A stretch of DNA of 64,000 bases from an uncultured Clostridia bacterium. GTDB taxonomy: Bacteria; Bacillota; Clostridia; TANB77; CAG-508. A program made the position numbers and the translations under genes. The notes under the pieces were generated by a model that was not told where the DNA came from, did not search any database, and was given only the letters and a program-made list of their open reading frames with translations. Each line of letters opens with the position of its first letter. The stretch's first letter is position 1. The DNA is taken from NCBI GenBank assembly GCA_963558405.1, contig CAUWGC010000006.1:23489-87488 (forward strand). Reading direction: 5' to 3'. Positions 21,172 through 31,428 of this stretch are shown here, piece by piece.

Positions 21172-21894
21172 ATGTTACAACTACAAAACATATCTTTTTA
21201 TAGAGATAATAAGCAAATATTAAATAATATAAATCTTACAATAAATAAAGGTAAATTTGTTGCTATTACTGGACCAAATGGTTCTGGTAAATCAACTCTT
21301 GCCAAAATTATTATGGGAATGGAAAAACCTGATTCTGGTAAAATTCTTTTTAACGGACAAGATATAACATCTTTAAATATAACTGAAAGAGCAAATTTAG
21401 GAATTGGATTTGCTTTTCAACAACCTGTTAAATTTAAAGGATTGACGGTTAAAGATTTAATTGAGTTAGCTACTAGAAATAAAATAAAGTTTTCCGAAGC
21501 ATGTGATTATCTTTCAGATGTTGGACTATGTGCTAAAGAATATATTAATAGAGAAATTAATGATAGTCTTTCTGGTGGAGAATTAAAAAGAATAGAAATT
21601 GCTATGTTAGAAGCTAAAAAATCAAAATTTACAATTTTTGACGAACCAGAAGCTGGAATAGATATTTGGAGTTTTAACAATTTAATTCAAGTATTTGAAA
21701 AAATGCATAACCAAATGCAAAATTCAATTGTAGTAATTTCTCATCAAGAAAAATTATTATCTATAGCAGATGAAATTGTTTTATTAAGTAATGGAATGAT
21801 AAAAAATCATGGTAAAAAAGAAGAGATTTTACCTTTGATATTAACAACTAATAGCAGTTGTTCTCGTTTAAATCATTTAGGAGGTGATAAGTAA
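21172..21894 (+). CDS. SufC-like ABC ATPase (SMS-type)
   Basis: GPNGSGKST, LSGGELKRIE, FDEPEAGID; paired with SufBD gene; ATG 21172 behind AAGGAGG. Confidence 0.85.
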   Translation: MLQLQNISFYRDNKQILNNINLTINKGKFVAITGPNGSGKSTLAKIIMGMEKPDSGKILFNGQDITSLNITERANLGIGFAFQQPVKFKGLTVKDLIELATRNKIKFSEACDYLSDVGLCAKEYINREINDSLSGGELKRIEIAMLEAKKSKFTIFDEPEAGIDIWSFNNLIQVFEKMHNQMQNSIVVISHQEKLLSIADEIVLLSNGMIKNHGKKEEILPLILTTNSSCSRLNHLGGDK

Positions 21895-21895
21895 T

Positions 21896-22819
21896 ATGGA
21901 ACTAAATCCTATGGAAAAACATATCTTAAAAGAAATTGCAGATATAGAAAAAGTACCTATTGGTGCATATAATATACGAAAAGACGGTCAAGGAATTGCT
22001 AGAAAATCTACTAGTAATATAGAAATTATTCCTAAAAAAGATAAACCAGGTATTGATATTATAATTAAAGAAAATACTAAAAATGAAAGTGTACATATTC
22101 CAGTAATAGTAACTAAAGAAAACCTTAATGATATAGTATATAATGACTTTTATATTGGTAAAAATGCTGAAGTTGTTATAGTTGCTGGATGTGGTATTCA
22201 TAATGATTATTGTGGAACAGCTGAACATGATGGAATTCATACCTTTTACTTAGATGAAAACTGTAAGGTTACATATATAGAAAAGCACTATGGAGAAGGA
22301 AACGGAACAGGAAAACGTATTTTAAACCCTCAAACAATAATTCATCAAAAAAAGGGATCTTCTTTTGAAATGGAAACTGTTCAAATAAAAGGTGTAGATT
22401 CTACTATTAGAAATACCATAGCTAATCTAGAAGATGATACAAACCTTGTTATTACAGAAAGATTAATGACTCATGGTACTCAAACGGCAAAAACAAGTTT
22501 CGAAGTAAATCTAAACGGTGAAAATTCAAGTACACATGTTACTTCTCGCTCTGTAGCAAAAGATAAATCATCTCAAGAATTTATTTCTAAAGTAATTGGA
22601 AACCAAAAATCTTTTGGCCATGTAGAATGTGATGCAATTATAATGGACAATGCAAAAGTTATTTCTACTCCAGAAATTGTTGCAAATAATATTAATGCTA
22701 ATCTTATTCATGAAGCAGCAATAGGAAAAATTGCTGGTGATCAACTAATAAAACTTATGACACTTGGTCTTACAGAACAAGAAGCAGAAGAACAAATTAT
22801 TAACGGATTTTTAAAATAA
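21896..22819 (+). CDS. SufB/SufD-family Fe-S scaffold (SMS-type)
   Basis: GHVECDAI, LIHEAAIGKIAG..L..LGL..AE..IINGFL. Confidence 0.88.
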   Translation: MELNPMEKHILKEIADIEKVPIGAYNIRKDGQGIARKSTSNIEIIPKKDKPGIDIIIKENTKNESVHIPVIVTKENLNDIVYNDFYIGKNAEVVIVAGCGIHNDYCGTAEHDGIHTFYLDENCKVTYIEKHYGEGNGTGKRILNPQTIIHQKKGSSFEMETVQIKGVDSTIRNTIANLEDDTNLVITERLMTHGTQTAKTSFEVNLNGENSSTHVTSRSVAKDKSSQEFISKVIGNQKSFGHVECDAIIMDNAKVISTPEIVANNINANLIHEAAIGKIAGDQLIKLMTLGLTEQEAEEQIINGFLK

Positions 22820-22884
22820 TTTCATTTACATTTATAATTATATATAACTTAAAGAGAATTTGATAAATATTTCAAATTCTCCTT

Positions 22885-23421
22885 TTATTTATTTTCTTCC
22901 TCTGGTGGATTTAATATCAATTGTATTTCTTCGTCATTTTTTAGTTCTTCAACCATAAACTCTGCAGATTTTTTACTTTTAGTTATTGCTGTTATTACAA
23001 TTTCTTTATCTGAACGTAATCTTTTGCTTGCATATTTTAAAATAATTGGTTTATTTTTTACAGCCTCTAAAACAACATCCTTGTCATCTCTTAATTTTTC
23101 ACTTGCATAGTACAAAATCTGTCCATCATTTTTTACAGCAGTTAAAATAACATCCTTATCATCTCTTAGTCTATCACTAGCATAACAACCTGTCCATCCA
23201 GCTTGACTAACTGCTTCTAATAAAACATCTTTATCATCTTTTAAACGTTTACTAGAAAACTCTAATGCTCCCCCATCTATTTTTACTGCCTCTAGTACAA
23301 TTTCTTTATCATCTTGTAAATTAGGACTTGCCCACTCTAAAAAAAGTGGATTTTCTTTTATTGCTTGCAATATAAATTCTTTATTATCATTTTGTTCTAT
23401 CACTTGTTCTTTAGTAATCAT
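22885..23421 (-). CDS. DUF4116-type repeat protein
   Basis: Tandem ~25-aa repeats (AS.RLRDDKDV.L.AV). Confidence 0.8.
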   Translation of the reverse strand: MITKEQVIEQNDNKEFILQAIKENPLFLEWASPNLQDDKEIVLEAVKIDGGALEFSSKRLKDDKDVLLEAVSQAGWTGCYASDRLRDDKDVILTAVKNDGQILYYASEKLRDDKDVVLEAVKNKPIILKYASKRLRSDKEIVITAITKSKKSAEFMVEELKNDEEIQLILNPPEEENK

Positions 23422-23498
23422 TTTTGCGCCTCCCACAAGTTTTATTTTAGCAATGTTTTTATTATATTGCAAGCATTCAAATTTATTTATTTTATATT

Positions 23499-24625
23499 CT
23501 ATATGATAATTTCTTTTAATGCATATACCAATTCATCAATCTCCTCTTTTGTATTTTCCTCTCCTAAAGTAATACGTATTGTTCCATTAGCGTACTCTTT
23601 TGGAACATTCATCGCAACTAACACATGTGATGGCTCAGTTTTTCCAGAAGAACATGCAGAACCAGCTGATACACAAAAGCCTCTTTTATCCAATTCTAGT
23701 AATAATTTATCACCTTCTACATTTTTAAACGAAATATTGGCATTTCCCGGTAGTCGATTTTGTCTTGAACCATTTAATCTACACTCCTTAAAATTGCTTG
23801 CTACTTGTTCTAATAAATATTCTCTTAATTCAACCAATTTTTTTGAATACTTTTCTAAGTTTTTGCATGAAAGTTCTATTGCTTTTCCTAATCCTACAAT
23901 TCCTGCAACATTTTCTGTTCCTGCTCTTTTATCTTTTTCCTGATGTCCTCCATTTAAAATCTTTCTAAAATTAACCCCTTCTCTTACATATAAAGCCCCT
24001 ACTCCTTTTGGTCCATAAAACTTATGTGCAGACATAGAAAGACTATCAATATTCATTTTATTTACATCTATAGGAATGTTTCCAACAGCTTGCACACTAT
24101 CTGTATGAAATATAACACCATACTTTTTTGCTATTTTCCCTATTTCTTCCACAGGTTCAATTGTTCCAACTTCGTTATTTGCAAACATAACACTAATTAA
24201 TATTGTATTACTTGTAATAGAATTTTCTAATTCCTGTAAACTAATATTTCCATCCTTATCTACTGGCAAATAAGTTACTCTAAACCCTTCTTTTTCTAAA
24301 GTTTCGCAAGTTTCTAATACAGCATGATGTTCTATTTTAGTTGTAATAATATGATTTCCTTTATTTCTGTTTGCATATGCAATTCCTTTTATTGCTAAAT
24401 TATCACTTTCGCTTCCACACCCAGTAAAATATATTTCTTAGGACTTGCTCCTATTGCTTCTGCTACCTGCATTCTTGCTTTTTCTAATGCTTTTTTTGAA
24501 GTTCTACCAATACTGTAAATACCAGAAGCATTTCCATAATACTTACTAAAATATGGCTCCATTGCATCTTTTACTTCTTCTTTTACATAAGTAGTAGCTG
24601 CATGGTCAAAATATTTTATAGTCAT
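23499..24625 (-). pseudogene. iscS: Cysteine desulfurase IscS/NifS interrupted by a 1-nt deletion near 24437
   Basis: YFDHAATT...IGASP in one frame; EIYFTGCGSESDN...SAHKFYGPKG...SAGSACSSG in the -1 frame. Confidence 0.75.
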
Positions 24626-24813
24626 TTAATTCATCCCTTCTTTATTTCTCTATTCTTATTAATATATTATTCAAAAAATATAAATTTATTTACTTTTATT
24701 GTCATTTTTTTGAAAAATGATTTCTTTTTTTAATGATTTATCATATAATAATTGACATAGAAAATATAAATATATTTTTTATTCAATATTTCCTTTTAAA
24801 GGAGAGTTTAATT

Positions 24814-25701
24814 ATGAAAAAAATTTTATTTAAAGGCTGTGGAACAGCTATTGTTACTCCATTTACACAAGAAGGAGTAAATTTTGAAGAATTTAAAAAA
24901 TTACTAGAAACCCAAATTGCAGAACAAGTTGATGCTATAATTGTTTGCGGTACAACAGGTGAAGCATCTACTATGACAGAGCAAGAAAAAAAGGACACAA
25001 TTTCTTTTGCTGTAAAAACTGTAGCAGGTCGTGTTCCTGTTATTGCAGGTACTGGTGGAAATAACACATCATCTGCTATAGCTATGACAAAATGGGCAGA
25101 AACAATTGGAGTAGATGGAGTCCTTATAGTAACACCTTATTATAATAAAACAACACAAGCAGGATTAATTGAACATTATAAAGCTATTGCAAAAGAAACA
25201 TCACTACCTATTATTTTATATAATGTACCGGGCAGAACCGGTTTAAATATCACCCCTGAAACATGCTTGGAACTTTCAAAAATTGAAAATATTGTAGCAA
25301 TTAAAGAAGCAAGCGGAAATATATCACAAGTTGCAAAAATTGCACAACTATGCAAAGATAACTTACATATATATTCTGGTAATGACGACCAAATTTTACC
25401 TATACTTTCATTAGGAGGATTAGGGGTTATATCTGTTTTATCTAACATTTTACCAAGACATACACACAATATGGTAAATTTATATTTAGAAGGAAAAATA
25501 AAAGAAGCTACAAATTTGCAACTTGAAACTTTGCCACTTATCAATGCTCTATTTTGTGAAGTAAATCCAATTCCAGTAAAAGCAGCATTAAATATGTTAG
25601 GATATAATTTTGGTACTCCAAGACTTCCTTTAGTTGAGATGTCAGCTTCTGGTAAAGAAAAATTAAAATCTGAGATGACTAAATACGGTTTATTAAAATA
25701 G
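24814..25701 (+). CDS. dapA: 4-hydroxy-tetrahydrodipicolinate synthase
   Basis: CGTTGEAST, PYYNK, LYNVPGRTG, IKEASG. Confidence 0.95.
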   Translation: MKKILFKGCGTAIVTPFTQEGVNFEEFKKLLETQIAEQVDAIIVCGTTGEASTMTEQEKKDTISFAVKTVAGRVPVIAGTGGNNTSSAIAMTKWAETIGVDGVLIVTPYYNKTTQAGLIEHYKAIAKETSLPIILYNVPGRTGLNITPETCLELSKIENIVAIKEASGNISQVAKIAQLCKDNLHIYSGNDDQILPILSLGGLGVISVLSNILPRHTHNMVNLYLEGKIKEATNLQLETLPLINALFCEVNPIPVKAALNMLGYNFGTPRLPLVEMSASGKEKLKSEMTKYGLLK

Positions 25702-25828
25702 AGATTTTTTTATCACACAATTATGTAATTTGAATATATATTTATTAATATTTAATTAATAATCTTTTTATGTAAAAAAAAATATGCTATAATAAATTTA
25801 CATTAAAAAATAAAAGAGGGATAACACT

Positions 25829-26365
25829 ATGGATAAAGACTTAGAGTTAAAAAAGTCTATAGAAGAATTTAATAATATTATCAATGATTTAACTCAAAAT
25901 GAAACTGTACTACAAATGAAAAATTTTAGACAACATTATAATACATCTTGTTTTGATCATTGCAAAGAAGTTGCTTTTTATAGTTATCTAATCTGTAAAA
26001 AATTAAATTTAGACTATGTATCAGCTGCAAGAGCTGGAATGTTACATGACTTATTTTTATATGATTGGAGAAAACGAGTTGATGGCAGAAAAGGATTACA
26101 TGCTTTTACACATCCAAAAACAGCATGTGAAAATTCTAAAAAACTTTTTCTATTAACAGATAAAGAACAAGATATCATATTAAAACACATGTGGCCTCTT
26201 ACAATTACTTTTCCAAAATATAAAGAAAGTTACATTATATCATTTGTAGATAAATATTGTGCAATTTCTGAATCAATTAACGCTTATAAAGAAAGACTAA
26301 ATAATACTAGAATACCTAGATATGCATATTTATTTTTAAGTATTTTTGTATTTAGAATTTTGTAG
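25829..26365 (+). CDS. HD-domain phosphohydrolase
   Basis: QH..SCFDH, LHDLFLYDW, HAFTHP, HMWP. Confidence 0.8.
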   Translation: MDKDLELKKSIEEFNNIINDLTQNETVLQMKNFRQHYNTSCFDHCKEVAFYSYLICKKLNLDYVSAARAGMLHDLFLYDWRKRVDGRKGLHAFTHPKTACENSKKLFLLTDKEQDIILKHMWPLTITFPKYKESYIISFVDKYCAISESINAYKERLNNTRIPRYAYLFLSIFVFRIL

Positions 26366-26470
26366 TATACTTTTAAAAACTTAATATTATAGATTATAAA
26401 ATATACTAAGATTTATCTTGGTATATTTTTTTATATATGATATAATTTTTAAAAAATCAGGAGGTATTTT

Positions 26471-27220
26471 ATGATTAATGTATTAGTAAGTGGATGTAAC
26501 GGAAAAATGGGTTCAATAGTTGCAAATTTATTAGAGCAAAGCGACGACTTTTTAGTTTTTGGTGGTTTTGATAAAAGTATTTCTGAAGAGTTTACATATA
26601 GAACTTTTACAAAAATTTCTGAAATTGAAGATAAGCCAGACGTAATTATAGATTTTTCTGTTCCTCAGGCTACTTTTTCAATTTTAGATTACGCTGTTTC
26701 TAAAGAAGTTCCAATTGTAATTGCAACTACTGGTTTTACAGATGAAGAAATTTTAAAAATACAAGAAGCTTCAACCAAAATTCCTATTTTCAGAGCTTCA
26801 AATATGTCTTTTGATATATATTTAATGGGTGAACTAGTTTCCCAAGTTGCTTCTATATTATCAAATACAGATATAGAAATTACAGAAACTCATCATAACA
26901 GAAAAATTGACAGTCCAAGTGGTACAGCTATATATTTAGCAGATAAAATAAAAGAATCTAGACCAGATTTAGTATATAATTTTAACCGTATGCAAAAAAG
27001 AGAAAAAAGAAGTCCAAACGAAATAGGTTTTTCTTCTGTACGTGGTGGAAACATTGTTGGTGAACATATAGTACAATTTTTTGGACCAAACGAAACATTA
27101 GAAATAAAACATACTTCTTATTCTAGGGAAATTTTTGCAGAAGGAGCTTTAAAAGCTGCAAAATTTTTGATTACACAAAAACCTGGTTTATACAGCATGA
27201 GCGATTTAGCTAAAAATTAG
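26471..27220 (+). CDS. dapB: 4-hydroxy-tetrahydrodipicolinate reductase
   Basis: GCNGKMG, ETHHNRKIDSPSGTA, RGGNIVGEH. Confidence 0.95.
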   Translation: MINVLVSGCNGKMGSIVANLLEQSDDFLVFGGFDKSISEEFTYRTFTKISEIEDKPDVIIDFSVPQATFSILDYAVSKEVPIVIATTGFTDEEILKIQEASTKIPIFRASNMSFDIYLMGELVSQVASILSNTDIEITETHHNRKIDSPSGTAIYLADKIKESRPDLVYNFNRMQKREKRSPNEIGFSSVRGGNIVGEHIVQFFGPNETLEIKHTSYSREIFAEGALKAAKFLITQKPGLYSMSDLAKN

Positions 27221-27286
27221 AATATTAGATTATTAAAAACTTTATATATTAAATATTTTATATTAAGTTATAAAATTTGAAGTATA

Positions 27287-27331
27287 AAAAAAACAAAGAT
27301 ATTGTTCGTTACACAACATCTTTGTTTTTTT
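27287..27331. terminator. Bidirectional terminator dapB/adhE
   Basis: AAAAAAACAAAGAT...ATCTTTGTTTTTTT. Confidence 0.7.
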
Positions 27332-27334
27332 ATC

Positions 27335-29944
27335 TTATACTTCTCTTCCGTAATAAGAATCTAATAATATTTGTTTTAATTCACTAACTAATGGAAGTCT
27401 TGGATTTGCTGTAGTACATTGGTCTTCAAAAGCTCTATCTGCTAAAATATCTACTTTTGCTAAAAACTCATCTTCGGAAATACCAGCATCTTTAAAGCTT
27501 TTTGGTATTTGTAATTTTTCGTTTAGTTCTTGTACTTTAGCAATTAAAGAATTTACACCTTCTTCTACAGTATCTGCTTTTAATCCATTTCTTTTTGCTA
27601 AATTAGCATATTTTTCATCTGCAATAAAATATTCATATTTAGGAAAAGATACAAATTTACTTGGTTTACTTGCATTGTATCTTATAACATATGGTAAAAG
27701 TATTGCATTAAGTCTTCCGTGTGGCAAATGGAATTCTGCTCCCATTTTATGTGCAAGTGAATGGTTAATTCCTAAAAATGCATTTGTAAAAGACATTCCA
27801 GCTATTGTACTAGCATTATGCATTTTTTCTCTTGCTAATTTATTTGTTCCATCTTCATATGCTGTTACTAAATAATTAAATACAAGCTCAACTGCTTTTT
27901 CTGATAACCCATCTGTATAATCTGATGCCATATTAGAAACATAAGCTTCTATAGCATGTGTTAGTACATCCATTCCAGTATCTGCTGTAATTCCTTTTGG
28001 AAGTGACATTACTAAATCTGGATCCACAATTGCTACATCTGGTGTTAATTCATAATCAGCTAATGGATATTTTTTGTTATTCTCTTTATCAGAAATAACA
28101 GCAAATGATGTTACCTCTGAACCTGTTCCAGAAGTAGTTGGAATAGCTACCATTTTAGCTTTTTCACCTAGTGTTGGAAACTTATATGTTCTTTTTCTAA
28201 TATCCATAAATTTTAATTTTAAACCTTCAATATCAGCATCTGGATGCTCATAAAATAGCCACATTCCCTTTGCAGCATCAATTGCAGAACCACCACCAAT
28301 TGCAATTATTACATCAGGTTTAAAATTATTTATTCTTTCTAATCCTCTTTTTATTGTTGTAAAAGAAGGATCTGATTCTACATCTGAAAATATTTCAGAA
28401 TGTACATACTCTGCTCTTTTTCTTAAATGATATAAAATTTTATCTACATATCCTAGTTTTACCATTCCTGGATCTGTTACAATAAACGCCCTTGTAATAT
28501 TTGGCATTTTTTCTAAATAACTAATAGAACCTGCTTCAAAATATATTTTTTCTGGTACTTTAAACCATTGCATATTAACTCTCCTTTTTGCTACTCTTTT
28601 TATATTAATTAAATTAACACTAGATACATTTGCTGTTGTTGAATTTCCACCAAATGATCCACAACCTAATGTTAATGATGGCATATTAGTATTATATATA
28701 TCACCAATTGCACCATGAGTAGATGGAGAATTTACAATTATTCTTCCTGCTTTTAATTTTTCAGAAAATTTTAAAATAACATCTTCGTTTTCAGAATGAA
28801 TTACTGCTGAATGACCAAGTCCACCATATTCAATTAATTTTTCTGCTAAATTAATTCCTTCATCGCTATTTTTTACTTTGTAATAAGTAAGAACAGGACT
28901 TAATTTTTCTTTTGAAAAAGGATGCCCTTCTCCTACTTCTGTTTCAGGCACTACAATAACTTTTATATCTTCTGGAATATCAAATCCAGCCTCTTTTGCT
29001 ATATTATATGGACTCTGCCCTGGTATGTGAGATTTTAACTTATCTCCCTTTTCTTTATCAAACATCGAATCCTGTAGTTTAGCTTTTTCTTCCTCATTTA
29101 CAAAATAACAACCACAGTTTTTCATTAATTTTTCAAATTCGTTTGCAATTTCCTCTTCAACAATAACTGCTTGTTCTGATGCACAAATCATTCCATTATC
29201 AAAAGATTTAGAAAGAACTAAATCATTTACAGATGTTTTTAATTTTGCACTTTTATCTATAAAACAAGGAACATTTCCAGGACCAACTCCTAAAGCTGGC
29301 TTTCCACAAGAATATGCAGCCTTTACCATACCAGTTCCACCTGTTGCTAAAATTAAATTAACATCAGGATGATTCATTAACATATTTGTAGCTAAAATAC
29401 TTGGCTTATCAACCCATAAAATACAATCCTTTGGAGCACCAGCTTTAACTGCTGCATCCCTTAGAATTCTAGCAGCTTCACTACTACATTTTTGCGCAGC
29501 TGGATGAAATCCAAATACAATTACATTTCTAGTTTTAGCTGCAATAATAGACTTAAACATAGTTGTAGAAGTTGGGTTTGTAACAGGAGTTACACCTGCA
29601 ATAATACCAATAGGCTCAGCCACTTCCATATATCCTTCTTCTTCATTTTCCTCTATTACCCCAACTGTTTTATCATACTTTATACTATGATAAATATACT
29701 CAGTAGCAAACATATTCTTAGTAATTTTATCCTCATAAACTCCACGACCAGTCTCTTCCACAGCCATTTTAGCAAGCTCCATATGATGTTCCAAACCAGC
29801 CATTGACATTTGCTTAACAATCTCATTTACTGTATCTTGATCTAATTTTAAATACTCCTCAGAAGCAACTTTAGCCCTTGCAATTAAATCATCAATCATA
29901 GCCTTTACTTCCGCCTCTTCTTGTGACGCTATATTATCCGCCAT
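27335..29944 (-). CDS. adhE: Bifunctional acetaldehyde-CoA/alcohol dehydrogenase
   Basis: ALDH half (GVGPGN, FDNGMICASEQ) plus Fe-ADH half (GGGSAID, GINHSLAH). Confidence 0.97.
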   Translation of the reverse strand: MADNIASQEEAEVKAMIDDLIARAKVASEEYLKLDQDTVNEIVKQMSMAGLEHHMELAKMAVEETGRGVYEDKITKNMFATEYIYHSIKYDKTVGVIEENEEEGYMEVAEPIGIIAGVTPVTNPTSTTMFKSIIAAKTRNVIVFGFHPAAQKCSSEAARILRDAAVKAGAPKDCILWVDKPSILATNMLMNHPDVNLILATGGTGMVKAAYSCGKPALGVGPGNVPCFIDKSAKLKTSVNDLVLSKSFDNGMICASEQAVIVEEEIANEFEKLMKNCGCYFVNEEEKAKLQDSMFDKEKGDKLKSHIPGQSPYNIAKEAGFDIPEDIKVIVVPETEVGEGHPFSKEKLSPVLTYYKVKNSDEGINLAEKLIEYGGLGHSAVIHSENEDVILKFSEKLKAGRIIVNSPSTHGAIGDIYNTNMPSLTLGCGSFGGNSTTANVSSVNLINIKRVAKRRVNMQWFKVPEKIYFEAGSISYLEKMPNITRAFIVTDPGMVKLGYVDKILYHLRKRAEYVHSEIFSDVESDPSFTTIKRGLERINNFKPDVIIAIGGGSAIDAAKGMWLFYEHPDADIEGLKLKFMDIRKRTYKFPTLGEKAKMVAIPTTSGTGSEVTSFAVISDKENNKKYPLADYELTPDVAIVDPDLVMSLPKGITADTGMDVLTHAIEAYVSNMASDYTDGLSEKAVELVFNYLVTAYEDGTNKLAREKMHNASTIAGMSFTNAFLGINHSLAHKMGAEFHLPHGRLNAILLPYVIRYNASKPSKFVSFPKYEYFIADEKYANLAKRNGLKADTVEEGVNSLIAKVQELNEKLQIPKSFKDAGISEDEFLAKVDILADRAFEDQCTTANPRLPLVSELKQILLDSYYGREV

Positions 29945-30017
29945 ATTTGTATTTCTCCTTTCATTTATTCAAATAGTGTTTTTAAACTATTATCTTTTGA
30001 TATATTATTCCCATAAC

Positions 30018-30045
30018 ATTATATCTTATGTCTCAATTTTGTCAA
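30018..30045 (-). promoter_or_regulatory. Sigma-A promoter of adhE
   Basis: TTGACA-16 nt-TATAAT. Confidence 0.65.
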
Positions 30046-30116
30046 GGTTTTTAGTAAGATATGGAAACATGTGTGATTTATTAACCTTTTTTGCTATACA
30101 ATTTTACGCGTTTTTA

Positions 30117-31148
30117 TTATTTTTCATCCTTCAAATATTTATCTAACATTTTATCCATACTAGAAATATATTCTGCATCTTGTTTTACTCTAAATTTTTC
30201 ATATTCATTATTTGCTTTTTCAACTGCTTGTTTGTGTGATACTTTTCCTGCATCTTTTAAAATATTTTTCTTTCTATACTTTAATAAATCATCTGCAACT
30301 TCTATCCATTTATTCATTGTAATAGTTTTTTGTTCTTTTGCTTCTGTTTCTGCTACATCTAAAAATAAGTTTGTTAAATCATTTAGTTTTTCAAGTTCTT
30401 CTTTTTGTAAATAATTTTTAGCAATACTTACATCATATTTATAAATCAGTCCATCTGGTGAATTTTTCCATGAAGTTAATCCCATATTCTCTTTTTGTGA
30501 ATCTACTCTCTCAAAAATCAATTCTGCCGCAGTTTTTCCTGTTATTGCATAATGTAATTTATTTTGTACAATTTTAAAAAAAGCATATGCTTCTTCTGAA
30601 TCTTTATTATAATCAATTGAAGTTGCTATAAATAAATCCATAATTTTTTGATAAGCCATTCTTTCACTTACTCTAATAGTTTTTATACGTTCTAATAATT
30701 CATCAAAATATCTAATATCAAATTTGTTACCTTCAATAAATCTTCTATCATTTAAAGCAAATCCTTTAATCATATATTCTTTAATAATTTTATTTGCCCA
30801 TGTTCTAAATTTAATAGCTGTTTTTGAATTTACTCTAAATCCTATTGATATTATCATATCTAGATTGTAATACTTTGTTGTATATTTTTGCTTATTATTG
30901 TTTCCCATATGTGCAATTTTTGCACATGTGCTATCTTCCTCTAGCTCTTCATCTAAATAAATATTATTTATATGTCTTGTTATTCCTGTTCTATCTATTT
31001 TAAATAATTTACTTAAAGAATCAATATTAAGCCAAACATTTTCATTTTGTAAGATGACTTCGACATTAACATCATTTTCTCCATCTGTATAAAATATGAT
31101 ATTATTTTCATTTCCAATTATATTATTATCAATTTTATTATTATTCAA
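30117..31148 (-). CDS. RhuM-family (virulence RhuM) protein
   Basis: YNLDMIISIGFRVNS..AIKFRTWA, VQNKLHYAITGKTAAE. Confidence 0.88.
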   Translation of the reverse strand: MNNNKIDNNIIGNENNIIFYTDGENDVNVEVILQNENVWLNIDSLSKLFKIDRTGITRHINNIYLDEELEEDSTCAKIAHMGNNNKQKYTTKYYNLDMIISIGFRVNSKTAIKFRTWANKIIKEYMIKGFALNDRRFIEGNKFDIRYFDELLERIKTIRVSERMAYQKIMDLFIATSIDYNKDSEEAYAFFKIVQNKLHYAITGKTAAELIFERVDSQKENMGLTSWKNSPDGLIYKYDVSIAKNYLQKEELEKLNDLTNLFLDVAETEAKEQKTITMNKWIEVADDLLKYRKKNILKDAGKVSHKQAVEKANNEYEKFRVKQDAEYISSMDKMLDKYLKDEK

Positions 31149-31428
31149 ATATAGTTCCTCCTATTTTATTGATATATATAATATATTAAATCTTTTCATT
31201 CAATCTATTATAGAGTATCAAACTTTTGTTCATCTGTCAATCACTATTTACTTATCAACTAGTTTGTTATTATCAAATTTACCTTATAAGCCCAGAAGGA
31301 AGATAAAATTTATCTTCATTCTGGTCCAACCTCTAACTTATATTCAGCACTAAAGATATTTTTTACGCTTTCCCACTTTTCTTTTACTTCTATTTATTGT
31401 ATAATATCTTAAGTTATATAAAGAAAGG

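Noticed and set aside
22885-23421. ~75-nt periodic repeats resembling an array
   Set aside because: These are degenerate protein-coding DUF4116-type repeats, not CRISPR.
30068-30090. Rex operator upstream of adhE (similar candidates upstream of pflB)
   Set aside because: Half-site spacing is off by one from TTGTGAA-N4-TTCACAA; too weak in AT-rich DNA.
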